From Candidatus Poribacteria bacterium (lineage in GTDB: Bacteria > Poribacteria > WGA-4E > PCPOR2b): 64,000 bases of DNA. The DNA lies in NCBI GenBank assembly GCA_965116925.1, contig OZ220744.1, forward strand, positions 6,112,001 through 6,176,000, in the 5' to 3' direction. The position numbers and the translations under genes are program-made. Below, piece by piece: positions 30,621-39,835 of this stretch; within the stretch, counting starts at the first letter, position 1; each line of letters opens with the position of its first letter. Under the pieces are notes generated by a model. That model did no database searches, was not told where the DNA came from, and saw only the letters and a list, made by a program, of their open reading frames with translations.

Positions 30621-30643
30621 TAGCATATCAGGATACTCTTTCT

Positions 30644-33600
30644 ATGTTTAAGCGTTATTTTATGCTCAATTTGATTGGGATTTGTGAGCAGCATCGCATC
30701 GCACTCATCTGTCTATTGATATTCATCGTAGGTCCTCAAACTGTATCCGCCCAACAACAGATAGCCCTAGATGCCTACGCTATCCTTGAACACAGCTGCT
30801 TCAACTGTCACGGTCCTGATGGTGCCTATAGAGAAACACTCTTAATTGAGCACAACACACTCATTGCAGAAAACGGTCCTGTTGTACCGGGAAACCCAGA
30901 AGCTTCTAGGTTGTATAAGCGACTCCTTGGAGAAGGCGGACAACTCATGCCGCTGGGAGGGCCCCCTCTACCCGGCCTACAGATTGAAACAGTTAAAAAC
31001 TGGATATTAGCCGGCGCACCCGATTGGGCGGCAGCCCCTACAACCGATGGCGATTTCATTTCTCATAGTGAAATACTCACTACCATCGAGACCCACCTGA
31101 TGTCCCTCTCACCCTTTAACCGCACCTTTGTCCGTTACTTCACAATGACACATCTCTATAACGCAGGGGAGACCTCAGAAGTCCTTGGAGCCTATCGCAA
31201 CGGGCTGTCCAAACTGGTCAACAGTCTATCATGGGGCGGTACAGTCACCAACCCACGGTCCATAGACTCACAACAAACTATCTTCTACATTGACCTACGA
31301 CACTATGAGTGGGATCGCAATGACGCTTGGACGCAGATAGAAGCGGTATATCCTTATCACATCGCGTTTGAAGCACCGGCACAGACCGCGCTCAAGGCTC
31401 AACTCGGGCGATTGCAGACGGAGGTGAAGAGCAATATACCGTTGATTCATGTTGACTGGTTCATAGCAACCGCCTCCACCCCACCATTGTACCACGAACT
31501 GCTTTCTCTACCATTGACCGATAGCGAGTTAGAGACCCGATTGGGCGTTGACGTTGCCCAAAATCTCCGCGATGCACCGGGGGTGCGTGTCTGGCGGGCG
31601 GGTTTCAACAATTCGGGTGTCTCCAATCACAACCGGGTGGTGGAGCGACACGCCTTTCGAGATGGTGCGTACTGGAAAAGCTACGACTTTGCAGGAAGTG
31701 TTGGGACACAGAATATCTTTAACCACCCACTCAATTTCACCCATGATGGAGGTGAGGTTATCTTCAATCTGCCCAACGGATTGCAAGCCTACTATTTGGT
31801 CAATGCGTCCGGCTCCCGTTTGGACGCTGCGCCAATAAACATCGTTTCCAACCTTGCTGCGAGCGATCCCACGGTACGGAATGGGATTTCCTGTTTCGGT
31901 TGCCACACGGAAGGTATGAAGACGTTTGAGGACCAAGTTCGTGCTGTGGTTGAGAGCAATACCACCCTAGCACCCGTCAAAGAGGATGCGTTGCGGTTGT
32001 ACGCCGAAAAATCAGAGATGGACGCGCGTGTAGCGGAGGACATGGAGAAGTATAGGGCTGCTCTTGAAGCGACGGGTGGTACATTTGGGGATATTGAGCC
32101 AATCTCCCGTTTCCATGAGGCATTTCAAGGCGACGTGAACGCTGCTTATGCCGCTGCTGTGGTCGGTTTAGAGACCGAAGCCTTCCAAGAAAAAGTACGT
32201 GAGAATGTCGGTCTACAAAATGCAGGCTTGTTGGTGTTAGACAGCCCGAATGGGAGTATGAAACGGGATGCATGGACATCGAATTTCAATGCAATGATTC
32301 ACGCTTTGGACTTCCCGGAGACGGAGGTCGAGAGTCCATCACAGCCGGAACAGCCACCGGGTACAGTTGTTCATATCCCTGATCCAAACCTGCGTGCCGC
32401 AATAGCAGAGGAACTGGGTAAAAGTCCCAATGTCCCGATTACTGTGGAGGAAATGGAAGGATTAAGCGAACTTGATGTGAGAAACAAGGGCATCCGTGAT
32501 TTGGCAGGACTTCAGTTTGCAACCAATCTGAGTCGGTTACTTCTCAACGATAATCAAATTTCTGACATATCACCGATTTCTGGCTTAACTGAACTACACC
32601 AACTCCAAATTGAAAGGAACACAATATCGGATATATCCCCTGTCAGGGACTTAAAAAATCTTACTTTCTTGAATTTCAGGAGGAATCAGATTTCCGACAT
32701 ATCACCGATTGCCGGCTTAATTAACTTGAACGTCCTCTGGTTTAGCGTAAACTCTGTATCCGATCTGTCGCCGGTTGCAGGACTCATCAATTTGAATCGT
32801 CTAAGCTTTTCCGAGAACAACATTTCAGACTTGTCGCCGATTGCGGGGTTAATCAACCTAGAGTTTTTAGATTTTTCCTCCCGGAGTAAAAACATATCCG
32901 ACATATCGCCCCTTGCAAGATTAGTCAATCTGAAAAGAATTCGTTCATGGGGGCACTCCATATCCGACATATCGCCCCTTGCGAACTTGACAAAACTGGA
33001 GAGCGTAGATTTCTGTGGCGGTGATATCTCCAATCTTACCCCCTTGGCGGGCTTAATAGGTTTGAAAGAACTGTATCTTGCGGTCGAGGAAGTATCGGAT
33101 ATATCCCCGCTTGCGGAATTAACCGGATTAACCCGTTTAGCACTTCATGGTAATGACATATCGGATATATCCCCGCTTGCTGGTTTAACGAACTTGAAGT
33201 GGCTGAACCTTCATGGTAATGACATATCAGATATATCTGTGCTTGCAGGGTTAACGAAATTGGAATGGTTAGACGCTTCAATAAACCAAATATCGGACGT
33301 ATCACCGATTCTAGGCTTAACAAACTTGACATGGTTAAGTGTTGCTAGGAACCAGATTGCTGACCTTGCACCTTTGCAGGGGTTACGCGAGAAGATAACG
33401 CTCATTTGGCGCGGCAATCCGGCGATTCCAAAAGCAGGCGGACCGAAGATAGAGGGACCGTGGCTATGGAGTGTATTTCCAGACGCGGCGTCTGATTTTG
33501 ATAATGGCACAGATTTGCTATCAAAGGCGAGTGATGGAACGGTGACAGAAGCGGGGATTGCGACCCATGGGGCGGAAGGCAAATCTGTAGGGGAGGCCGT

Positions 33601-34972
33601 ATGGACCTCCCACAGTCTCCCGCCTACGGGGGATAATAACATTAATGATACGCTGAAGCCTTCCTATGGCAGTGTTATCTACGGCACGGTGTCGTTGTAT
33701 TCGCCACAGGAACAGAAAACAACGATGTATGTTGGTAACAATGACGGGCTAAAGGTTTGGCTTAACGGGGTTTTGATTTACGAAGTGTTTGGTGACTTTG
33801 GCGCGGTCGGCGATTACAATGATTTTGTTCCGGTTACACTGAAGCAGGGAAAAAATGTCCTGTTAGCTGCGGTTCTCACGCGTTCTGTAACGAGTGCCTT
33901 CTTTGGATTTGAACCGGGCACTGATTATACGGTGTCAATGGGTGTCGGCTACACTTTTTCCCAAACACCAATTCATACGGGCGATACCTTTACTCTCGAC
34001 ATTCGTGCAGAAAATGTCACTGACCTAGCGGGTTGGCAGTTTGATATTGCGTTTGACCCTGCCGCCCTTGAAGCCGTCAATGTGAGCGAGGGTGATTTCC
34101 TAAAGACCGGAGGTGGAACCACCTTCTTTCAAGGTGGAACCATTAATAACGCAGCGGGTAAAATCACAGGGCTCAGCGCAGCGCGGCTCTCCGCCGAAGG
34201 TGTGACCGGCACCGGCTCCCTGCTCCAAGTGAACTTCAAGGCAAAATCGGGCGGTGAAACAGAGTTAGTGTTGCAGAACTTCCAGTTCGGCTCCGTCACC
34301 GGTGATAGTATTCCCGCCGGACCGCACCAAATCCGTATCGCTATAGAAGGGCAACTTGCCACGGGGGATGTGAACCGAGATGGTGTTGTCAGCATTCTAG
34401 ATCTGATTCTCGTCGCACAGCAGTTAGGAAAAAGGGTGTCCGCAGGCTCGCCGGTGGATGTCAACGGCGACGGTGTTGTCAGCATCCTCGACCTTATCCG
34501 CATCGCACAGGAAATCGGTAATACGACGGCGTCCGCTGCTCCGATGATTGGGGCAGACAGTGTAGATGCTGCGATGATAGAAGCGTGGATCGCGCAGGCA
34601 CGGTTGGAAGATGACGGCTCACTTGCTTTCAAACAGGGTATAGAAAATCTTGAGAATCTATTAGCCTCACTGATTCCCGAAGAAACTGCGTTATTGGCAA
34701 ACTATCCGAATCCGTTTAACCCGGAAACATGGATACCGTATCAGTTGGCGGGCCCCGCAGAGGTGACGCTGACCATCTACGATATGAACGGGCATTTGAT
34801 TCACCGTTTGGCGGTGGGGCATCAGGCGGCGGGTATATATTGGAGTCGCAGCCGTGCAATCTATTGGGACGGACGCAACCAACTTGGTGAATCCGTCGCT
34901 AGTGGTCTCTATTTCTACACCCTGACAGCCGGTGACTTCACAGCGACGCGCCGGATGCTGATTTTGAAATAG
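30644..34972 (+). CDS. Large secreted protein: cytochrome-c domain, internalin-like LRRs, cohesin, dockerin and FlgD/T9SS-A-like tail
   Basis: CFNCH and CFGCH heme motifs, about 13 ISDISPLAGL LRR units, GWQFDIAFDP cohesin, paired GDVNRDG..ILDL dockerin, NYPNPFNPETWIPY. Exact start uncertain (30644 or 30662). Confidence 0.88.
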   Translation: MFKRYFMLNLIGICEQHRIALICLLIFIVGPQTVSAQQQIALDAYAILEHSCFNCHGPDGAYRETLLIEHNTLIAENGPVVPGNPEASRLYKRLLGEGGQLMPLGGPPLPGLQIETVKNWILAGAPDWAAAPTTDGDFISHSEILTTIETHLMSLSPFNRTFVRYFTMTHLYNAGETSEVLGAYRNGLSKLVNSLSWGGTVTNPRSIDSQQTIFYIDLRHYEWDRNDAWTQIEAVYPYHIAFEAPAQTALKAQLGRLQTEVKSNIPLIHVDWFIATASTPPLYHELLSLPLTDSELETRLGVDVAQNLRDAPGVRVWRAGFNNSGVSNHNRVVERHAFRDGAYWKSYDFAGSVGTQNIFNHPLNFTHDGGEVIFNLPNGLQAYYLVNASGSRLDAAPINIVSNLAASDPTVRNGISCFGCHTEGMKTFEDQVRAVVESNTTLAPVKEDALRLYAEKSEMDARVAEDMEKYRAALEATGGTFGDIEPISRFHEAFQGDVNAAYAAAVVGLETEAFQEKVRENVGLQNAGLLVLDSPNGSMKRDAWTSNFNAMIHALDFPETEVESPSQPEQPPGTVVHIPDPNLRAAIAEELGKSPNVPITVEEMEGLSELDVRNKGIRDLAGLQFATNLSRLLLNDNQISDISPISGLTELHQLQIERNTISDISPVRDLKNLTFLNFRRNQISDISPIAGLINLNVLWFSVNSVSDLSPVAGLINLNRLSFSENNISDLSPIAGLINLEFLDFSSRSKNISDISPLARLVNLKRIRSWGHSISDISPLANLTKLESVDFCGGDISNLTPLAGLIGLKELYLAVEEVSDISPLAELTGLTRLALHGNDISDISPLAGLTNLKWLNLHGNDISDISVLAGLTKLEWLDASINQISDVSPILGLTNLTWLSVARNQIADLAPLQGLREKITLIWRGNPAIPKAGGPKIEGPWLWSVFPDAASDFDNGTDLLSKASDGTVTEAGIATHGAEGKSVGEAVWTSHSLPPTGDNNINDTLKPSYGSVIYGTVSLYSPQEQKTTMYVGNNDGLKVWLNGVLIYEVFGDFGAVGDYNDFVPVTLKQGKNVLLAAVLTRSVTSAFFGFEPGTDYTVSMGVGYTFSQTPIHTGDTFTLDIRAENVTDLAGWQFDIAFDPAALEAVNVSEGDFLKTGGGTTFFQGGTINNAAGKITGLSAARLSAEGVTGTGSLLQVNFKAKSGGETELVLQNFQFGSVTGDSIPAGPHQIRIAIEGQLATGDVNRDGVVSILDLILVAQQLGKRVSAGSPVDVNGDGVVSILDLIRIAQEIGNTTASAAPMIGADSVDAAMIEAWIAQARLEDDGSLAFKQGIENLENLLASLIPEETALLANYPNPFNPETWIPYQLAGPAEVTLTIYDMNGHLIHRLAVGHQAAGIYWSRSRAIYWDGRNQLGESVASGLYFYTLTAGDFTATRRMLILK

Positions 34973-35089
34973 TATCAAATGCCTCGATGATGGTTGGAAT
35001 GGTGATGTTTATTGCCTTGCAGGCATCAATCGGCACAGCCACCCAGACCAGTTGTCCATAACTGAGCATGAGTTGATAAGGTGCTAGGG

Positions 35090-36088
35090 ATGAACATTCA
35101 CGACAGCGGCTATAAGAAACTATTCTCCAATCGCACCATCTTTCGACAACTCCTCGAAACCTTCGTCAATCAAGAGTGGGTCCATTCTCTCGATTTCGAC
35201 ACCTGCGAACCCCTTGATAAATCCTTTATCTCCGAACACTACAAAGAGACCGAGAGTGATTTAATCTACAAAATCCAGTTTCAGGATCGTGAAGTCTATA
35301 TTTATATTCTCATCGAGTTTCAATCCACCGTTGACCCGTTCATGGCATTGAGGGTGCTGAACTACATCACCAACTTTTACATGGATTTTCTCGTCAATAA
35401 TAAGAGTGTCAATAAATTGCCGGCGGTCTTTCCAATCGTGCTTTACAACGGAGAGGCACGTTGGACGGCACCGGTCAATCTTTCTGAGTTAATTGAGCAG
35501 ACGCCACCCCTCGGTGCATTTGCATTAGATTTCCAGTATTTTTTGATTGCCGAGAACCAATACAGTCAGGAGGCGTTATTAAAGATCCGGAACATCGTAT
35601 CGACATTGTTCTTGGCAGAATCCTATTATGATGTAAAAGTGCTAGAGGTAGAGCTGCTGAATCTGTTTTCATCGGAGCGTGACAGACAGGCGGTGAGTCT
35701 GTTCTTAAACTGGTTTAAGCAGTTAGCGTTTCATGGTCGGCTTGAATCTGACGATTATGAGTCATTGGAGTCCATTTATCGGACTGAAGAGGAGGTGAAG
35801 ACGATGTTAGTCACAGCGTTAGAGAGAGAAAGGGAGCAGATTTTTCAAAACGGTTTGCGTGAGGGTGAACAGAAGGGCAAGCAGGAAGGGCTGCTTGAGG
35901 GTGAGCAGAAAGGCAAGCAGGAAGGGCTGCTTGAAGGTGAACAGAAAGGCAGAATTGAAGGGAGGATTGAAACCGCAAAGGCGATGCTGGCTAAGGGAAT
36001 GGAGATGACACTCATTTCTGAAATCACCAACCTGCCAGAAGCACAACTTTTGGAGTTGAGAGATGAACTTTCCTCAATAAAAAAGTGA
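35090..36088 (+). CDS. Rpn family PD-(D/E)XK nuclease / putative transposase
   Basis: HDSGYKKLF, SDLIY...IEFQS..D..M..R, PIVLYNG, C-terminal EG repeats. Confidence 0.9.
   Translation: MNIHDSGYKKLFSNRTIFRQLLETFVNQEWVHSLDFDTCEPLDKSFISEHYKETESDLIYKIQFQDREVYIYILIEFQSTVDPFMALRVLNYITNFYMDFLVNNKSVNKLPAVFPIVLYNGEARWTAPVNLSELIEQTPPLGAFALDFQYFLIAENQYSQEALLKIRNIVSTLFLAESYYDVKVLEVELLNLFSSERDRQAVSLFLNWFKQLAFHGRLESDDYESLESIYRTEEEVKTMLVTALEREREQIFQNGLREGEQKGKQEGLLEGEQKGKQEGLLEGEQKGRIEGRIETAKAMLAKGMEMTLISEITNLPEAQLLELRDELSSIKK
35861..35950 (+). repeat. 36-bp tandem coding repeat (about 2.5 units) in the Rpn tail
   Basis: EGEQKGKQEGLL units. Confidence 0.85.
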
Positions 36089-36089
36089 A

Positions 36090-36495
36090 GGCTCATGTTA
36101 AGAAAGCGTGCAACAGAAACTAAGTTTTTGGCACGGGCGGGCGGGGCAAGTTGCTTTGAATCCCGATTTATCGGGGATACCCGACCTACAGTATAGTGTT
36201 GGGTTTTACTTCATCTATCCTATAAGGGAGTGCTGCTGGAAAGCATAGCTTCTATTGCATCTGATAGGAATTTGCTTTTACCGTTCAACCCAACCTACGC
36301 CTTACTAAATGTCAATGTGCCCTAGCAACATGCGAGATTATAGCAGGTGTGATATAATCCTGACGCTCATGTTAAGATTTAGTGCAAAGAAACCGAATAT
36401 TCGTAGGGGTTGGGTCCCCCAACCCTTACGGCGGGCGGGGAAACCCCGCCCCTACGATTTCGCTTCATGTTTTGCACTTTCTTTTTACATGAGCC
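36090..36495 (+). mobile_element. Two adjacent MITE family C shells with different REP cargo
   Basis: (G)GCTCATGTTAAGA starts at 36090 and 36365; ends TTTTTACATGAGCC at 36495. Confidence 0.7.
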
Positions 36496-36531
36496 AATCC
36501 TGAATTTAACAAACATTAAAGGACAAACGAA

Positions 36532-37254
36532 ATGTCAGCGAAAAATTTGAAACAGCGTATCCGTAAGGGCGAGTTGATCTACGGTGTCAGTGTGCCGGTG
36601 TCAGCGAATCGGGATGAGATGAAAGCGATCATAGATAAAGACCATTACGATTTCGTCATGGCGGATAGCCAACATACGGCATACGACGAGCGGCAATTGG
36701 TGGAATACTGCAATATTGCGGACTCGCTCAATATACCGGTCCACTTTCGGATTAAGCACACCCGTAACGCCTACCTCATCGGCAATTACCTCGATTTGGG
36801 ACCGTCCGGAATTGAAGTGCCCCAAGTGGAACTGGAATCAACGGTGGATGAAGCGGTTACTTGGTTTTACTATCCCCAGATTGGTATTCGTAGCGCGGGT
36901 GGAGGACGCCGAAAAGGGATAGCCGAGCGGGGTGATCGCTTGGAATACGCAAATTGGTGGAATCAATACGGCGTCCTCTGGATGCAGTTAGAATCAGTTT
37001 CCGCGGTGACCAATGCGCGCAAACTCGCCAAGCCGGGCGTGGATTGCCTCTCTTTTGGTCCCGCAGACCTTACTTTCAGCATAGAAAGCTACCCACACCA
37101 TTCGTTAAAGACCGTCGATGATTGTGTCCGTCATGTGTGCGACCAACTCGCTGATACGGACGCGGCGGTCTGCTACAGAAATGGCACACCCGACACGCGC
37201 GAGAAATATGCCGAAATGGGGGTCACGGTTTTCCTTGAGGGCCCAAGGCGTTAA
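36532..37254 (+). CDS. HpcH/HpaI aldolase family protein
   Basis: DSQH, LDLGPSGIEVPQV, YYPQIGIRS, QLES, FGPADL. Confidence 0.85.
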   Translation: MSAKNLKQRIRKGELIYGVSVPVSANRDEMKAIIDKDHYDFVMADSQHTAYDERQLVEYCNIADSLNIPVHFRIKHTRNAYLIGNYLDLGPSGIEVPQVELESTVDEAVTWFYYPQIGIRSAGGGRRKGIAERGDRLEYANWWNQYGVLWMQLESVSAVTNARKLAKPGVDCLSFGPADLTFSIESYPHHSLKTVDDCVRHVCDQLADTDAAVCYRNGTPDTREKYAEMGVTVFLEGPRR

Positions 37255-37262
37255 AAGGATAC

Positions 37263-37518
37263 TATAGTGAATTCTAAAAATAAGTAGACATTTACCAATA
37301 ATTCTGACCGTCGCGAAGTTTCCAAAGTTCCCTGAGAACCAGAGGTAGCGAGTTTTTACACTCTTCTCCCGATTATTGGGATCTTCGGCATTGCCGGGAC
37401 GCGCTTTCTCGCACACTCGTTCCCCCACATACTCGCTTCCTCGCTTCCACCTGATTAGGGCGATTTCGGGAGTTGGTTGTGCATTGGAAGTGTCTAATTA
37501 ATTCTAAAATCTACTATA
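37263..37518 (+). mobile_element. MITE family A, long variant with an unrelated interior
   Basis: TATAGTGAATTCTAAAAATAA...TTAATTCTAAAATCTACTATA ends; about 200-bp interior unlike the other copies. Confidence 0.8.
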
Positions 37519-37532
37519 TTATTTGGTCTGTT

Positions 37533-38798
37533 ATGTTGATTTATTCTCTTGTTAGCACTGCAATCGCCGGAGATCGAAGCGCGTTGAGGCAAGGAATGCG
37601 CCGTCTCGCGGAAATTGCCCATAAACACGGCATTCCCATTACATGGGGGATCGGGGCAACTGCTGCACGATCCTTTGCTGCAGATCTAACCGGATGGCAC
37701 ATCTCCCACGGCGACGAAGTGATGCTAATGGTCGATATTGCACCGATTTGGGGATCGGGCACAAATTCCGACGACTTAAGCCAATCTGCGGAGCATATCG
37801 TGACAATGCGCGAAAAACTGCCGGATTTTATCTCGTCAGAAAAAGATCGAGTCCAAAGGGCAATCGAATGGGCGAATCCTGTTGTCGCGGGAGCGGGACA
37901 GAAAAACCATGTGCTGCTTTACGCCCTAGCACAGATCGGTTTCAATGGATTGTGGGGATACGGTTGGGGTGATGGAGAGGATGAGGGCTGTCCGTTTGGG
38001 TGTTTCTTTCCATCGATAGACAAGCACAATTTCTGTGGCGCGTCCACAAGTCAAGTTATCGGTATACCACACGCCTCTCTTCTCCCTACTCAACTCCATA
38101 GGTTTGAGGAAATGGAGGGCACCGATTTACAGAGCCAAATCTTGAATGGAACGGCGCAGCAGAAGTTCGATTGTTATGTAACAAATGCAGCGTGGAATCG
38201 TTGGTTAGCTTATATCCAGCGGATTGACCCTGTGGAGGTTGCATCGCTGACGTCGGAACAGCTCGATCAGTTGGATACATATTTTGCGTACGTGCGCGAG
38301 GCACCGGAAACGCAGATTATGTCGCTTCCCGATGTTGTCCGTGCATGCCAAGAGACCAGCGAGCAAACGCAGCCAACTTTCTTGCTCACTGATCCCAACT
38401 CAGAAGACGAGGGCGAGACATCAACGGGTTCGGTCAAATCACTGTTCTCCTATTACGATACTGAATGCCAGTTGGTTTTTGAAGAAGGCAAGATAGAACC
38501 GATCCAGGTTACAAACTATATCTCGCCGCCGATTAGTTCACGTAACGGTGCAGAGGTCAACCTACCGCAAATTGAACAGTTTCGTCCCTCTCGTTCGCGC
38601 AGCCAGTTGCGGATGCAGTTTACCTTGGAATCCACAAAGGCGATGCCGTATGGATTAGCCGTCTGGGGAAATCACGATGGACTCACCTTGGCAACCTCAA
38701 ACGCACAAGAAGTGACGTGGTTAGGCGAGCGGTTGTTATTTATACGGGTCAACCTACAAGTAGGGAAAAACGAAATCGAGGTTGTTTTAACAATCTAA
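37533..38798 (+). CDS. Hypothetical protein (possible deacetylase/TIM-barrel-like N-terminus)
   Basis: Long ORF; AHKHGIPITW and HGDEV motifs. Confidence 0.65.
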   Translation: MLIYSLVSTAIAGDRSALRQGMRRLAEIAHKHGIPITWGIGATAARSFAADLTGWHISHGDEVMLMVDIAPIWGSGTNSDDLSQSAEHIVTMREKLPDFISSEKDRVQRAIEWANPVVAGAGQKNHVLLYALAQIGFNGLWGYGWGDGEDEGCPFGCFFPSIDKHNFCGASTSQVIGIPHASLLPTQLHRFEEMEGTDLQSQILNGTAQQKFDCYVTNAAWNRWLAYIQRIDPVEVASLTSEQLDQLDTYFAYVREAPETQIMSLPDVVRACQETSEQTQPTFLLTDPNSEDEGETSTGSVKSLFSYYDTECQLVFEEGKIEPIQVTNYISPPISSRNGAEVNLPQIEQFRPSRSRSQLRMQFTLESTKAMPYGLAVWGNHDGLTLATSNAQEVTWLGERLLFIRVNLQVGKNEIEVVLTI

Positions 38799-38862
38799 CC
38801 AGTTGAGCGCACCAGCACGGCAGATTGTCAATGTCGAAAGCCTCGAAGGGAGATGGTATCAA

Positions 38863-39054
38863 ATGGCTATTTTCTACGATTGGAGAGATAGGAGGGGCAA
38901 GGGCTTCAAACCGTGGCGGGAGTATCTAAAAGAGCTTCGGTCTCCTCTGTTTATCGCTTTAGGAATCGTTTTATTTTTGTCGTTGATAACTTCGGGGATT
39001 GTGTGTAGTGGTGTTGTGCCAACCTTAATCAACCGAATCTTCTCTGTAGGGTAA
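38863..39054 (+). CDS. Small membrane protein
   Basis: GGAG upstream of ATG; C-terminal TM segment. Confidence 0.5.
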   Translation: MAIFYDWRDRRGKGFKPWREYLKELRSPLFIALGIVLFLSLITSGIVCSGVVPTLINRIFSVG

Positions 39055-39058
39055 AGGT

Positions 39059-39454
39059 TTGAGAAAAACAGTTATGGATGCCTGCCAAACGGTTAAAGCG
39101 TACTTTGACGCACTCATCACAGGAGACACGGATCGGCTCATCAAGATGATGTCTTTGGCCGACCACTATGTGAAGATTGGTACGGAGCCGGATGAGCATA
39201 TTGAAGGGGGCGAAAATGCGAGAGATTACTATCAGAGCATTGTCGCGAATGCGGCGGATATTGCGATTGATTACGAACATCTTGACGTTCAGGAGCGGGA
39301 GACTGTGGCGTGGTTTTACACGCGCCAGATATGGAGACTCAAGTGGTTGGGTAATCCGGAAGAATTGGCGGTGCGGTTGACAGGCGTCCTTGAAAAAGAG
39401 GGTGGGACGTGGAAGTTTGTTCAGATTCACGCTTCGGTTGGCGTGCCTGCATAG
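39059..39454 (+). CDS. SnoaL/NTF2-like protein
   Basis: IGT...E...G and RLTGVLEKEGGTWKFVQIHAS. Confidence 0.85.
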   Translation: MRKTVMDACQTVKAYFDALITGDTDRLIKMMSLADHYVKIGTEPDEHIEGGENARDYYQSIVANAADIAIDYEHLDVQERETVAWFYTRQIWRLKWLGNPEELAVRLTGVLEKEGGTWKFVQIHASVGVPA

Positions 39455-39532
39455 TGGCAACGGTGGAAACCGGCGTCCTGTCAGACAAATTTTTGACAGG
39501 TCCGTTCGATCTCTCAGACTACTTTTTATGTT

Positions 39533-39775
39533 GGCTTACATAAAGAAATGGTACAACCGAAACCGATTATAGTGAATTCAAAAAATAAATAGACACTTTC
39601 GCCCCCCATGTTTGGTAGGTGCTGTTTCCAACTGCGCCGATTTGGAGTGTTTCATTAATTCTGAGATTTATATAAGTTGATGAGCTCACTCGTTTATTAA
39701 TGAACTAATGTTTTTTACGTTTTACGCATCACGTTTTACGCATTTTGTATTTTGCACATTCTTTTAACATGAGCC
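39533..39775 (+). mobile_element. MITE family C shell containing a nested family A copy (39568-39674)
   Basis: GGCTTACATAAAGAA...TTTTAACATGAGCC surrounding TATAGTGAATTC...TTAATTCTGAGATTTATATA. Confidence 0.7.
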
Positions 39776-39835
39776 TTTATGTTAATCAAGGGTGAAGTTT
39801 TACGATGATGCAAGGGTTCTAAAGAGGAAATGCTT

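Noticed and set aside
30557..30643. N-terminal MADSLMITAFVESAVSKCQHAL extension of the LRR protein, and the similar ORF at 16145-16411
   Set aside because: It is the read-through frame of the family B MITE right end, not a genuine protein N-terminus.
32400..33420. 66-bp periodic repeats as a possible DGR template/variable pair or non-coding array
   Set aside because: Explained by 22-aa LRR coding units; no reverse transcriptase and no adenine-specific mismatch pattern seen.
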